64,000 bases of DNA, from assembly GCA_943788915.1 (NCBI GenBank), contig CALSSD010000005.1, forward strand, positions 62,001 through 126,000. Reading direction: 5' to 3'. Under the pieces are notes generated by a model. That model searched no databases, was not told where the DNA came from, and was given only the letters and a program-made list of their open reading frames with translations. Made by a program: the position numbers and the translations under genes. This stretch comes from an uncultured Acidimicrobiales bacterium. GTDB taxonomy: Bacteria > Actinomycetota > Acidimicrobiia > Acidimicrobiales > UBA10347. Every line of letters starts with the position of its first letter. Position 1 is the first letter of the stretch. This document shows positions 1 through 9,898 of the stretch, piece after piece.

Positions 1-1
1 T

Positions 2-3001
2 GCCGACTTGGCAATGCCTACCTTGTACCCGGCGAGCGTGCAGGAAGTGCTCGACATGGGCCGCTTCGGCTACGAACTGTCACGGTTCTGCGGGTCATGG
101 GTTGGTTTCAAGATCCACAGCAATGTCGCTGATGCCTACGCCACCGTCAACACCGATGCCGAACGAATCTCGGTCGTCGTGCCCGACTTCGAGATCGATG
201 ACAAACCGTTCAGCTACACCCAGCGCGTCACGTTGATCGCACCACATTCCATGGGCGCGGAACGAGAAATGTTTGGCCCCCGGCTCGAAGCTGCCAAAGC
301 GTTTGTTGCCGCCAACGGACTCGACAAGGTCAGCGGAGCAACCGGCGACGCAACCATTGGTATTGTCGCCGCAGGGCCGGTGTTCGGCGAGTTGCGCGAC
401 GCTCTCACCAAGATGGGCTTCGCGACCGATGCTGATCTGGCGAGCGCTGGCATTCGTCTCTACAAACCAGCGCTGATCTGGCCGCTTGAGCCGAACGGGT
501 TGACCGGTTTCGCCGACGGCCTCGAAGAGATCATCGTGATCGAAGAGAAACGCTCGTTCATCGAGTCACAGATTCGCGACATCCTCTATGGCCGCACCGA
601 CGCGCCACGGGTTCTCGGCAAACGCGACGACGAAGGCCGCACCATGATCGCCGACTTCGGCGGCCTGCTTGCCGAAGACATCGCCGGGCCGATCAAGGCT
701 CGACTGCAGCGGGTCATTCCCGCAGAACGATTCACCAAGGAACGCCGACTCATTCCGATCTCGATCGCGACCGAAGCCAAGGAGCTTCCCGATCGGGCCG
801 CGTACTTCTGCTCCGGGTGCCCGCACAACCGCTCAACGATGACACCCGACGGCTCCATGTCTGGTGGTGGCATTGGTTGCCACGGCATGGCTTTGGGTAT
901 GGAACGAGAGAACTTCGGTATCACCCACATGGGTGGCGAAGGTGTGCAGTGGGTCGGCATGGCGCCGTTCCTGGATGAAACCCATCGCTTCCAGAATCTC
1001 GGCGATGGCACGTTGGCCCACTCAGGTTCGCTAGCCATCCGCCAGGCGGTGTCCGCCGGTGCGACGGTGACCTACAAGATCCTGTACAACGGCACGGTGG
1101 CCATGACCGGCGGTCAAGATGCTGCGGGTGCGCTCACCGTGCCCGACCTGACTCGTTCACTCTCGGCCGAGGGTGTCACGCAGATCGTGGTGGTTGCCGA
1201 CGACGTCGACAAGTATCCGAAAGGCGCGGTGTTCGCACCGAACGCACGCATTGAACACCGAGACGAACTCGACGCTGTGCAACGAGAACTCCGCGAGGTC
1301 GATGGCGTGACTGTGCTGATCTATGACCAAGCGTGTGCTGCCGAACTTCGACGTGGTCGCAAACGAGGCACCATCGAGACCCCGACCACCCGGGTCATGA
1401 TCAACGAAGACATCTGCGAGGGTTGCGGCCACTGCGGCGAGGTCTCCAACTGCGCCTCGGTCCATCCGGTGCAGACCCCGTTCGGCCGCAAGACACAGAT
1501 CCACCAAGAGTCATGCAACTTCGACCTCACCTGCCTTGGCGGCAACTGCCCGGCATTCGTGACGGTGGAGATCGATCCTGATTTCAAGCCGAGCAAGGAC
1601 CTGGCGGGTATCCCTGCTGGTGACCTGCCTGCTGACCCTACAGTTCCGGCCGACGGCAATGTGCTGCTCATCGGTATCGGCGGCACCGGCGTGGTGACCG
1701 TGAACCAGATCATCTCCACGGCAGCACTACTAGACGGCAAGTTCGCCAACGGTCTCGACCAAACCGGCCTCGCTCAAAAGGGCGGCACCGTGGTGTCGAA
1801 TCTACGTATCACCACCGTTGACCCATCTGGCGATCACGGTGCTGTCACCGCATCGAACCGGGTGGTCGATGGCGGTGCCGATGCCATGTTGATCTTCGAC
1901 CTCGTGTCAGCAACCAAGAACATCAACCGGGCTGACCCTGAACGCACACGGGCGGTCGTGAGCACCGCTCTCTTGCCGACCGGGTCGATGGTTTCGGGTC
2001 GGGGCTCGGATCGTTTCCCCGAACTCGAACGCTTTCGCTCTACGATCGATGGCGCGACGAGGGCCGACGAGAATGTGTGGCTCGATGCTGCTGGTATCGC
2101 CCAACGGGTGTTCGCGAGCCAGCCCGCAGCCAACGTGCTCGTGGTCGGTCTCGCCTACCAACGAGGACTCCTGCCGGTGACCTCAGACAGCATCGAACGA
2201 GCCATCAAGCTCAACGGTGTTGCGGTACAGGGCAACCTCGACGCATTCCGACTCGGTCGCCGATTGGCGGTGGAGCCAGACTTGTTCGCCGAACTCGAAG
2301 ACGTGGTCGACACCACCGAGGCAGGTCCCACGCCGCTCACCGGCAAACTCGCTCGTATGGCCGACACGCTCGGGGGAACCAGCGAACTGCAAGACATCCT
2401 GGCCTACCGCCTTCCTGAACTCGCTGCATTCCAAGACATGAAGTACGCCCAGCAGTTCACCAACGACATCGCTGCCGTGCGACGGGCCGAGCAGCCTGCC
2501 GTTGATGACCGGTGCGATCTGAGCGAGATTGCCGCTCGCATGCTGTACAAGGCAATGGCATACAAGGACGAATACGAGGTCGCACGACTTGCTCTTAAGT
2601 CAGACATCGTTGCCCAGGCCAAGGCCCGTTTCGGACCCGATGCCAAAGTCAGCTACCAGCTCAAGCCACCGACGCTCAAGTCGGCTGGTTACGACAAGAA
2701 GATTGCTATCCCCGAGTCTGCTGGCCGGGCAATGTTCGCAGGGCTGAAGCGAACCAAACGTATGCGGGGCACTCGACTCGACCCATTCGGTCGCACCGAA
2801 GAACGCCGGATCGAACGCCAGCTCATTGACGAATACCGCGACCTGCTGGTCACGGTGTCCGGCAAAGTCACCGTGGATAACTATGACCAGGCAGTCGAGA
2901 TCCTCGGCCTGTTCGACATGGTCCGCGGTTTCGACGACATCAAACTCGGCAACGTTGAGCGCTACCGCATCGAACTCGCCGCCGCCCTCGCTGCTTTCTA
3001 G
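2..3001 (+). CDS. Indolepyruvate ferredoxin oxidoreductase family protein (fused alpha/beta), 5'-truncated by the window edge
   Basis: FCSGCPHN, GIGCH, TPP-binding GDGT, 4Fe-4S CEGCGHC, GIGGTGVVT, DQTGLAQKGG and AYKDEYEVAR motifs; frame is open from base 2. Confidence 0.9.
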   Translation, partial: ADLAMPTLYPASVQEVLDMGRFGYELSRFCGSWVGFKIHSNVADAYATVNTDAERISVVVPDFEIDDKPFSYTQRVTLIAPHSMGAEREMFGPRLEAAKAFVAANGLDKVSGATGDATIGIVAAGPVFGELRDALTKMGFATDADLASAGIRLYKPALIWPLEPNGLTGFADGLEEIIVIEEKRSFIESQIRDILYGRTDAPRVLGKRDDEGRTMIADFGGLLAEDIAGPIKARLQRVIPAERFTKERRLIPISIATEAKELPDRAAYFCSGCPHNRSTMTPDGSMSGGGIGCHGMALGMERENFGITHMGGEGVQWVGMAPFLDETHRFQNLGDGTLAHSGSLAIRQAVSAGATVTYKILYNGTVAMTGGQDAAGALTVPDLTRSLSAEGVTQIVVVADDVDKYPKGAVFAPNARIEHRDELDAVQRELREVDGVTVLIYDQACAAELRRGRKRGTIETPTTRVMINEDICEGCGHCGEVSNCASVHPVQTPFGRKTQIHQESCNFDLTCLGGNCPAFVTVEIDPDFKPSKDLAGIPAGDLPADPTVPADGNVLLIGIGGTGVVTVNQIISTAALLDGKFANGLDQTGLAQKGGTVVSNLRITTVDPSGDHGAVTASNRVVDGGADAMLIFDLVSATKNINRADPERTRAVVSTALLPTGSMVSGRGSDRFPELERFRSTIDGATRADENVWLDAAGIAQRVFASQPAANVLVVGLAYQRGLLPVTSDSIERAIKLNGVAVQGNLDAFRLGRRLAVEPDLFAELEDVVDTTEAGPTPLTGKLARMADTLGGTSELQDILAYRLPELAAFQDMKYAQQFTNDIAAVRRAEQPAVDDRCDLSEIAARMLYKAMAYKDEYEVARLALKSDIVAQAKARFGPDAKVSYQLKPPTLKSAGYDKKIAIPESAGRAMFAGLKRTKRMRGTRLDPFGRTEERRIERQLIDEYRDLLVTVSGKVTVDNYDQAVEILGLFDMVRGFDDIKLGNVERYRIELAAALAAF

Positions 3002-3021
3002 GAGGAAGGACGGGAGGTCGG

Positions 3022-4131
3022 TTGTTTAATGGTCCGACCGTGACTACCGACCCTCGACCAAACGTTGTAGCGATCTCACCGCTCCAACTCGACGCGGACC
3101 TCATCGGCACGGCCGCGCAAGCTTTGCGAGACGGGCTGCTTGTGGCGTTCCCCACAGAGACGGTCTACGGCCTGGGATGTAACGCGCTCGATGAAACCGC
3201 AATCGCCAAAGTCTTCGCTGCCAAGGGTCGACCCTCGAGCGATCCGCTGATCGTGCATGTAGACGGGCTGCCGATGGTTGAGTCCGTGATCGAAGGGCCC
3301 CTTCCGCCCGCAGCCAAGGCGCTCGCCGACGCATTCTGGCCTGGGCCACTCACCATGATCTTGCCCCGAGGCCAGGCGGTGCCGTTGGCCGTCACCAGTG
3401 GGCTTGAAAGTGTTGCGGTGCGATGTCCTTCGCATCCGGTTGCGGCTGCGCTTATCCACGAAGCCGGGATTCCCATCACCGCTCCCAGCGCAAATCGGTT
3501 CAACCACATCAGCCCGACGAGCGCCCAACATGTCATCGCCGACCTTGGCCACGTGTGCGACATCATCATCGACTCCGGCCGCACTGACCATGGACTCGAA
3601 TCGACTGTCGTGACACTTGATGGCGCCGATGTCACCGTGCTTCGCCATGGTGCCATCACTGTTGAGCAATTGGCCGGCGTGGAAGGCATCCGTATTGCCG
3701 ACGATGGCACGTCGGTCGACTCGCCAGCCTCGCCCGGCCACGAGAAACGCCACTACTCCCCCAGCACACCAACCGTTGCCGTTCGAGGAAACTCGATCGA
3801 CTTCGCCTCAACGTCCGGTCTCGAGTTGGGGGCCGCAACATCGGTGATCTATGCCGGCTACAGCGACCGTGAACCAGAGTTGCCATCGACATGGCGTTTC
3901 GAGCCGCTGGGTTCCTTGGCCGAAATCGAGGCCGTCGGCCACGATCTGTACTTCGAGCTGCGACGCATCGATGTACTGACAGCGGCCGCGATCGTTGTTG
4001 AACTTACCGGCGCCCCCGGGCTAGGCCGAGCAATCGACGACCGCCTCACTCGAGCAGCGGGAAGCACGATCGCATCAACCTCAGCAGAGCTAGCCAAAGC
4101 CATAACCGAGGCAACGGCCGCACACGACTAG
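3022..4131 (+). CDS. tsaC: L-threonylcarbamoyladenylate synthase (Sua5/TsaC with C-terminal Sua5 domain); real start may be GTG 3040
   Basis: FPTETVYGLG, KGRPSSDPLIVH, FWPGPLT, APSAN, SPG..HYSP, AIDDRL motifs. Confidence 0.93.
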   Translation: MFNGPTVTTDPRPNVVAISPLQLDADLIGTAAQALRDGLLVAFPTETVYGLGCNALDETAIAKVFAAKGRPSSDPLIVHVDGLPMVESVIEGPLPPAAKALADAFWPGPLTMILPRGQAVPLAVTSGLESVAVRCPSHPVAAALIHEAGIPITAPSANRFNHISPTSAQHVIADLGHVCDIIIDSGRTDHGLESTVVTLDGADVTVLRHGAITVEQLAGVEGIRIADDGTSVDSPASPGHEKRHYSPSTPTVAVRGNSIDFASTSGLELGAATSVIYAGYSDREPELPSTWRFEPLGSLAEIEAVGHDLYFELRRIDVLTAAAIVVELTGAPGLGRAIDDRLTRAAGSTIASTSAELAKAITEATAAHD

Positions 4132-4371
4132 GTATCACGTCCTGGGTTCAGTGGGTATGCAAAACCTGAGGCGCCCGTCCCGACGACACGGCCCAAATCC
4201 AGTGTCAGGGCAGCGATCCCCACGGGCGCGGACCAAACGCATCACGCTCGACGAGATGACGATGGCCAGCAATCGATTCCGCGCCGCGAAGGTACCCGCA
4301 CCGTGGTCGAGTTCTCAACCGTTGGCCGGTTCCGTGGAAGCGCCCAACCTGGAGATGTGCTCAGCGGTCGC

Positions 4372-4644
4372 TTAGTCCATCTGCATGGCGATCACTCGGT
4401 CGGTTGAGCCGGTAACGAGAAGATCACCTGCTTCCACTCTCATCCCGAGATACGTCGCATCAGCGGCCAACGCCGCGTTGACGTCATCGACTTCAGCCGC
4501 CGTGTCCACCCCAGCGATGAAGCCAATCTGCCCGATCGTTCCGGCCATCGATGAGGCCAGCAGAACGTCTACGCCGGTCACCGACTTGATGTGTTCGCTG
4601 ACGCGCCCTGACTCGACATATTCGGCCTCGTCTGCCAGGTTGGG
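4372..4644 (-). pseudogene. C-terminal fragment of a small hypothetical protein
   Basis: Protein-like frame (SEHIKSVTGVDVLLASSMAGTIGQIGF...AMQMD*) is bounded upstream by TGA at 4645-4647, with no convincing start or RBS. Confidence 0.4.
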
Positions 4645-4938
4645 TCACGAACGGTTGGGCTCGCCGCTCGTCCTACGCCGGAACCGCTCGCCAAAGACCT
4701 ATTGAGCCGCACGGCCATGGACGGCTACGACGGCCCGCTCGAGCGACCACGACCGGTCGTGATTATTGAGCGGGTTCGAGCTGGCCTGGTGCGACTTAGT
4801 TCGCCGGTTCTCGGGTGACCTGCCGCCCCTGTGTCTCGGACTCAGTCGTGCGGTCGTTGACCGAGTCGATCAGCTTGCCCAACACCAGGTCGTAGGTGTA
4901 CTCGAACGCCAATCTCCGGGCGACTCTCGGCGTCTCGG

Positions 4939-5535
4939 TTATGTGAGCGCGCTGTGCCAGTCCCAAGAGTTGGGGTCGGTGATGTCGTTCCAGCTGTCGG
5001 TTTGCGCGGTCGCCCACTCGGCCCAGTCGGAGATCATCTGGTTGTAGTCGAGCTGGAATCTGATGGCGATGGCGTTGATGTGGCGGCGTTCGGCGAAGGG
5101 GTAGTCGGCGTCGTCGGCTGTGGCGATGAGCACTCGGAGTTCGTCCATGTTCGCTCGGGACTGGGCGGCAAGGTCGTCGAGGGTGGTTCGAAGCTGGTCG
5201 AGGGTGCCGGCGTTGGCGAAGAAGACCCGCACGAGGGCTTCGGCCTCGAGCTTGGGCGGCGCTGAGCTTTCATCGAGCCAGGCCTGGAGCGTCCGGCGTC
5301 CCTTGGCGGTGATCTTGTAGACGGTTCGCGGCCTGGATCCCGTGGCCTGGAGCTTCGCGGTTGCGTGGCCGCTTTCGACGAGTTTCTTGGCTTCGTCGTA
5401 GATCTTGCGTTCGGTGCGGGGCCAGAACCAGCCGAGGCTGCGGTCGACCTGTTTGGCGAGCTCGTAGGTGCTCCAGGGCTGGATGCTGAGCAAGCCGAGG
5501 AGTGCGTTGGAGGTGGTGGTGAGGGGTTTCGCCAT
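4939..5535 (-). CDS. PadR family transcriptional regulator with C-terminal helical domain
   Basis: LLGLLS..WSTYELAK..LGWFW..IYDEAKKL..RPRTVYKITAKGR winged HTH. Confidence 0.92.
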   Translation of the reverse strand: MAKPLTTTSNALLGLLSIQPWSTYELAKQVDRSLGWFWPRTERKIYDEAKKLVESGHATAKLQATGSRPRTVYKITAKGRRTLQAWLDESSAPPKLEAEALVRVFFANAGTLDQLRTTLDDLAAQSRANMDELRVLIATADDADYPFAERRHINAIAIRFQLDYNQMISDWAEWATAQTDSWNDITDPNSWDWHSALT

Positions 5536-5544
5536 GCAAGGAGC

Positions 5545-5604
5545 TTGACATGCTGCCAATGGCAGTGTCTAATACAGAAGAGGATAATACTGCCAATAGC
5601 AGTA
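5545..5604 (+). promoter_or_regulatory. Sigma70-type promoter with two palindromic operators (probable PadR sites)
   Basis: TTGACA 5545-5550, 17-nt spacer, TCTAAT 5568-5573; CTGCCA-A-TGGCAG 5553-5565 lies inside the spacer; TACTGC-CAATA-GCAGTA 5588-5604. Confidence 0.75.
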
Positions 5605-5630
5605 AAAACGTCAATTGATGGGGCGTGTTC

Positions 5631-6422
5631 ATGAGTGAGACAACGGATCGTTTGCTGGTGGTGGTTGCCCATCCCGATGACGAGACATTCGGGTGTGGAT
5701 CTCTGTTGGCGCATGCAACTGCGTCAGGGGTGCCGACTGTTGTTGCGTGCGCAACGAGGGGAGAGGCAGGCTCGCCGACACCTGGTCGCGGCCTCGATGA
5801 CGCCGACATGGCTGAAGTTCGAGAATCCGAGTTGCGCGAAGCCGCCAAACTGGTTGGGGTCGGACGCGTCGAGTTGTTCGATTGGGTCGATTCGGGCATG
5901 GATGGCGAACCGATTCCCGGAAGCCTGTGCGCTGCGCCAGTCGTCGAGGTGGCTGCGGTGATCGCCTCGTTGATCGACGACGTCTGTCCATCGGTGGTGG
6001 TGACGCTCGATGCCAGCGACGGTCACCGCGATCACGCGCACATCCGCGATGCCACCCTCCGCGCTGTGGAGGTCAGCTCGTGGCGCCCATCAGGGGTCTA
6101 CTTGCACTGCCTGCCTCAGCAGCTCATGCGGAAGTGGGTGGAGGCGCTCGTTCGTGAACAGCCTGATAGCGAGCACCTCGGTCTGGGAGACCTCGGCACT
6201 CCCGAAGACAAGATCACCACCGTCTTCGACACTACCGAATTCTTGGAGCTGCGGGAGCAAGCAATCGCCGTGCACCGCTCTCAGACCTCTCCCTATGAGG
6301 TCATGCCGGCCGGACTGCGCCGAGAGTTCCTTACCACCGAACGTCTGCAGCGGGTCCATCCCGACTGGGACGGAGGTCCGGTCGAGACAGACATCTTCGC
6401 CGCAGCCGATGCGTCTTTTTGA
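5631..6422 (+). CDS. PIG-L family deacetylase (MshB/Mca-like)
   Basis: AHPDDE, ATRGEAG, R..EL..AA, DSGM, GHRDH, HRSQ motifs. Confidence 0.9.
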   Translation: MSETTDRLLVVVAHPDDETFGCGSLLAHATASGVPTVVACATRGEAGSPTPGRGLDDADMAEVRESELREAAKLVGVGRVELFDWVDSGMDGEPIPGSLCAAPVVEVAAVIASLIDDVCPSVVVTLDASDGHRDHAHIRDATLRAVEVSSWRPSGVYLHCLPQQLMRKWVEALVREQPDSEHLGLGDLGTPEDKITTVFDTTEFLELREQAIAVHRSQTSPYEVMPAGLRREFLTTERLQRVHPDWDGGPVETDIFAAADASF

Positions 6423-6482
6423 CATCCGCCTCTACATCTCGCCTGCCCCAAACCCATCTTGCATAAGGAGAACCCAGCAGCC

Positions 6483-7304
6483 ATGAACCAAGCACAGCCC
6501 GCCCTCGCCCGTCACGAACCCCTGCGCATCGCCGATGACACCTGGGTCATCCAGGCCACCCTCGGCGAAGGCGAAGCGCCCCTCGTGGTTTATCTCAACT
6601 CGATGGTCATCACCGGCGCTGAACCGATCGTGGTCGACACCGGAGCCCCCATCCACCGAGACCAGTACCTCGACGATCTGTTCGGCATCGTCGATCCCGA
6701 AGATGTCCGCTGGGTGTTCATCTCCCACGACGACAGCGACCACCACGGCAACCTCCACGAGGTCATGGACGCCTGCCCCAACGCCACCCTGGTCGCCAAC
6801 TGGTTCCTGTGCGAACGCCTCAAAGCCGAATGACTCGACGTCGCCCCCACAAGGTGGCGTTGGATCGGCGACGGAGACACACTCGACGTCGGCGACCGCA
6901 CACTGCACGCCATCCGCCCGCCCCTCTACGACTCGCCCACAACCCGCGGCCTGTTCGACCCCACCACCGGCGTGTACTGGGCCTCGGACTGCTACGCCAC
7001 CCCGGTCCTTGCCGGCGCACCAACCGTGGCCGACATCGACCCCGAGTTCTGGATCGAAGGATTCACCATGTTCCAGACATGGAACAGCCCGTGGGTCTCC
7101 ATGCTCGATCACGACGCCTTCGCCGAGTCAGCCCGCACCATCGAACAACTCGGTGTCACCACCATCGCCGGCGCCCACACCCCAACCATCCCCTCGACCC
7201 ACCTCGACCAAGCCTTCACGATGCTCCGAGCCATGCCCACCACCCCCGCCCCACCCATGCCCGACCAAGCGGCACTCGACCAGATGCTCGCCACCCTCCA
7301 GTGA
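6483..7304 (+). pseudogene. MBL-fold metallo-hydrolase (FprA/ODP-like) with one in-frame TGA at 6831-6833
   Basis: VDTG and SHDDSDHHGNL motifs; the frame continues past TGA (LDVAPTRWRWIGDG...YWASDC...GAH) in phase with ORF 6972-7304; AAGGAG RBS upstream. Confidence 0.8.
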
Positions 7305-7666
7305 TGACCAGGCCCGCGGAACAGCCGCAGCCGACAACCGGGACTGGCGACAGCGTCGAAACGGCGTTCTTCGCTGACGTCGACCAGGCACACCGCAATC
7401 ATCGGCTCCTGGCCGCAATGGACGCCACCGCCCGCTGGCCAGCAGTGCAAGAACTCCGCGCATGGACCGAACCAGCCATCACCCGCGGTGACTCAGACGG
7501 CATGTTCCCCTTCGACCAATACCTCGAGCTGCAAATCGAGCGAGGCCGCACCCGGCACGACGCCGAGACGTACCTCGACGAGCTTCGTCGACAGTCGAGC
7601 GACGGGAGCCTCACCCTGGCTGTCACCATGTGGGCCGCCATCGGTACCGTCACACGCCATCCCTGA
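7304..7666 (+). pseudogene. Probable SAM methyltransferase remnant lacking its central SAM-binding domain
   Basis: TGATG coupling to the MBL gene; N-terminus (FADVDQA..LLAAMDATARWPAVQELRAW) and C-terminus (YLDELRRQSSDGSLTLAVTMWAAIG) resemble the ends of UbiE-like MTases; no GxGxG; only 120 aa. Confidence 0.5.
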
Positions 7667-7667
7667 C

Positions 7668-8882
7668 TTACTCGATCCGCAGCCCTGAGATCGCCCGCGA
7701 GATCACCAGCTGCTGGATCTGCTCGGTGCCTTCGAAGATGTCGTGGATCTTGGCATCGCGGTGCCAGCGCTCGACTGGGTACTCGCGGGTATAGCCGTAG
7801 CCACCCAGAATCTGGATGGCTCGTTCGGTCACGTGGGTGGCAACACGGCCAGCCTTGAGCTTGGCCATCGAACCTTCGGCGTTGACGAACGCCTTCTGTT
7901 TGCCGAGCCACGCGGCACGCCAGATCAGCAAACGGGTGGCCTCGATCTCGGTGGCCATATCGGCCAGCATGAACGCAATCGACTGGTTCATGATGATCTT
8001 GCGACCAAAGGCTTCGCGCTCTTTGGCGTAGTCGAGTGAGTATTCGTAGGCAGCGCGTGCCACGCCGATTGCCTGGGCGCCTACGGTTGGGCGGGTCGCC
8101 TCGAACGTCTGCATGGCTGCCTGCGAGTTGCCTCTTTCGCCACGGCGGACACGGGCGAGACGTTCGTCGAGCTTTTCCTTGCCGCCGAGCAGGCACCGGC
8201 CGGGTACCCGGACATCGTCCAGCACAACCTCGGCGGTATGGCTGGCGCGAATACCGTGTTTCTTGTACTTCTGACCCATGCTCAAGCCCTTGGTACCGGG
8301 TGGCACGATGAAGCTTGCATGGCCCTTGGTCTTGAGTTCGGGGGCGACCACAGCGACGACAACATGAATGTCAGCAATACCACCGTTGGTGATCCATGCC
8401 TTGGTGCCGTTGAGGATCCACTCGTCGGTGGCTTCGTCGTATTTTGCCGACGTGCGGTAGCCACCTACGTCGGAGCCTGCATCGGGTTCGCTTGCAGCGA
8501 AGGCCCCGAGTTGCACGTCCTTCGCATCGCCGTAACACTGCGGTACCCATTCCATAACTTGGTCTTGGGTACCCGAAGAGGCGATGCCAGCCGCTGCGAG
8601 ACCAGATCCCATGATGGCCATGCCGAGGCCTGCATCGCCCCAGAACATTTCTTCGATCGCCACCGGCATCGTAAGGCCAGTCGGGTCGTTGAACATGGCG
8701 TTGGCAAGAAACTCCCAGCCATAAAGACCAATCTGAGCCGCCTCTTGCACCACCGGCCACGGGAACTCTTCTCGTTCATCCCATTCTTCCGCGTTTGGCC
8801 GCATGACGTCCTCCGCGAAGTCATGGACCCATTTCTGGATCGTGAGTTGGTCTTCGTTCAGCGATGGGTTGAAATCAGCCAT
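7668..8882 (-). CDS. Acyl-CoA dehydrogenase family protein
   Basis: SEPDAGSD, LNGTKAWITNG, GIRASHT, QILGGYGY, IFEGTEQIQ motifs. Confidence 0.95.
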   Translation of the reverse strand: MADFNPSLNEDQLTIQKWVHDFAEDVMRPNAEEWDEREEFPWPVVQEAAQIGLYGWEFLANAMFNDPTGLTMPVAIEEMFWGDAGLGMAIMGSGLAAAGIASSGTQDQVMEWVPQCYGDAKDVQLGAFAASEPDAGSDVGGYRTSAKYDEATDEWILNGTKAWITNGGIADIHVVVAVVAPELKTKGHASFIVPPGTKGLSMGQKYKKHGIRASHTAEVVLDDVRVPGRCLLGGKEKLDERLARVRRGERGNSQAAMQTFEATRPTVGAQAIGVARAAYEYSLDYAKEREAFGRKIIMNQSIAFMLADMATEIEATRLLIWRAAWLGKQKAFVNAEGSMAKLKAGRVATHVTERAIQILGGYGYTREYPVERWHRDAKIHDIFEGTEQIQQLVISRAISGLRIE

Positions 8883-8919
8883 AGGGGTGCCTTCTTGTCT
8901 ACCGAAACTATCGAGCCTG

Positions 8920-8937
8920 CAATAACGGGCGTTATTG
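8920..8937. promoter_or_regulatory. Palindromic candidate operator upstream of the acyl-CoA dehydrogenase
   Basis: Perfect inverted repeat CAATAACG-GG-CGTTATTG about 40 bp before the start codon. Confidence 0.5.
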
Positions 8938-9211
8938 AAGACGCTATCGGGGCAATTGACAACCCTCCACCACAGCAAGCGAGTAATCCCCGATCGGCTC
9001 ATGAGCCCAGGCGGTACCTCCGCGCCACACCAGCCAGGCTGCACAGGAGATTCGCCATGTCTTCCACCTGCTCGGTGGTGAAGGCCAACTCGGCACCAAC
9101 TAATCCGTGAGGACTCATGCTTGTAGATTCAGCATCGTGCAGGTTCTTACGAAGTGGAGAACACCGAGTCAACCGCCACGGGTCGCCGACGCACACCCGT
9201 AGTGTTTGCAC

Positions 9212-9896
9212 ATGGGAAGCCGGATCGCCGCCACGATGGTCCTCGTCGCTGCAGTTGCGGTCCTGGTTTGGGTCACACTCGGTGGCAATGACGCTGAATC
9301 AGCGACCGAGCAGCGATCCACTGCCGAGCCCACCAGGACAGCTACAACGGATACACCCGCTCCCCTGGACGAAATCACCGATGACGAACCCGAGATCGAA
9401 GCACCCGAGATCGAAACGCCTGAAAACTTCGGGCCCCGCATGGATCTGGTGGATATCGACGGTTGGCTGAATACCGACGCCCGTATCCATCGACGACTTC
9501 ACCGGCCAGGTTCTCCTGGTTGAGATGTGGACGTTTGGCTGCAGCAACTGCAAGGCCCGTATCCCGTTCACCCAGAGTTACTACGAAGAGTTCGGCGATA
9601 GCGAACTTCGAGATCCTGGGCGTACATGCGCCCGAGTTCAACTTCGAGGCTGACGTCAACAACATCATCAAAGCAGCGGACCAGCTGGGCGTGAATTGGC
9701 CGATCCGCTCGACACCGACAAGTTGAACTTTCGGAAATGGCAGCCGGGTTCCACCAACTTCTGGCCCCGCACCTACGTCATCGACCAGAACGGTGATATT
9801 CGTTATGACCACATCGGCGAAGGCAACTACGAAGAACTCCGGGAAACAATCCGGTACCCGATCGAGAACCCTCCCGCTGCGAACCCAGCGACCTGA
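9212..9896 (+). pseudogene. Membrane-anchored redoxin (DipZ/TlpA-like thioredoxin fold), split by three indels (possibly sequencing errors)
   Basis: TM anchor, IDGWLNT, WTFGCSNC (9528-9551, in a frame missing from the ORF track), GVHAPEF, FWPRTYVID..HIGEGNY; frame changes near 9481, 9602 and 9706. Confidence 0.8.
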
Positions 9897-9898
9897 CG

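Noticed and set aside
4132..4938. IS ends or an attachment site bordering the PadR islet
   Set aside because: Only a degenerate hairpin (4734-4774) was seen, with no transposase, integrase, tRNA or flanking direct repeat.
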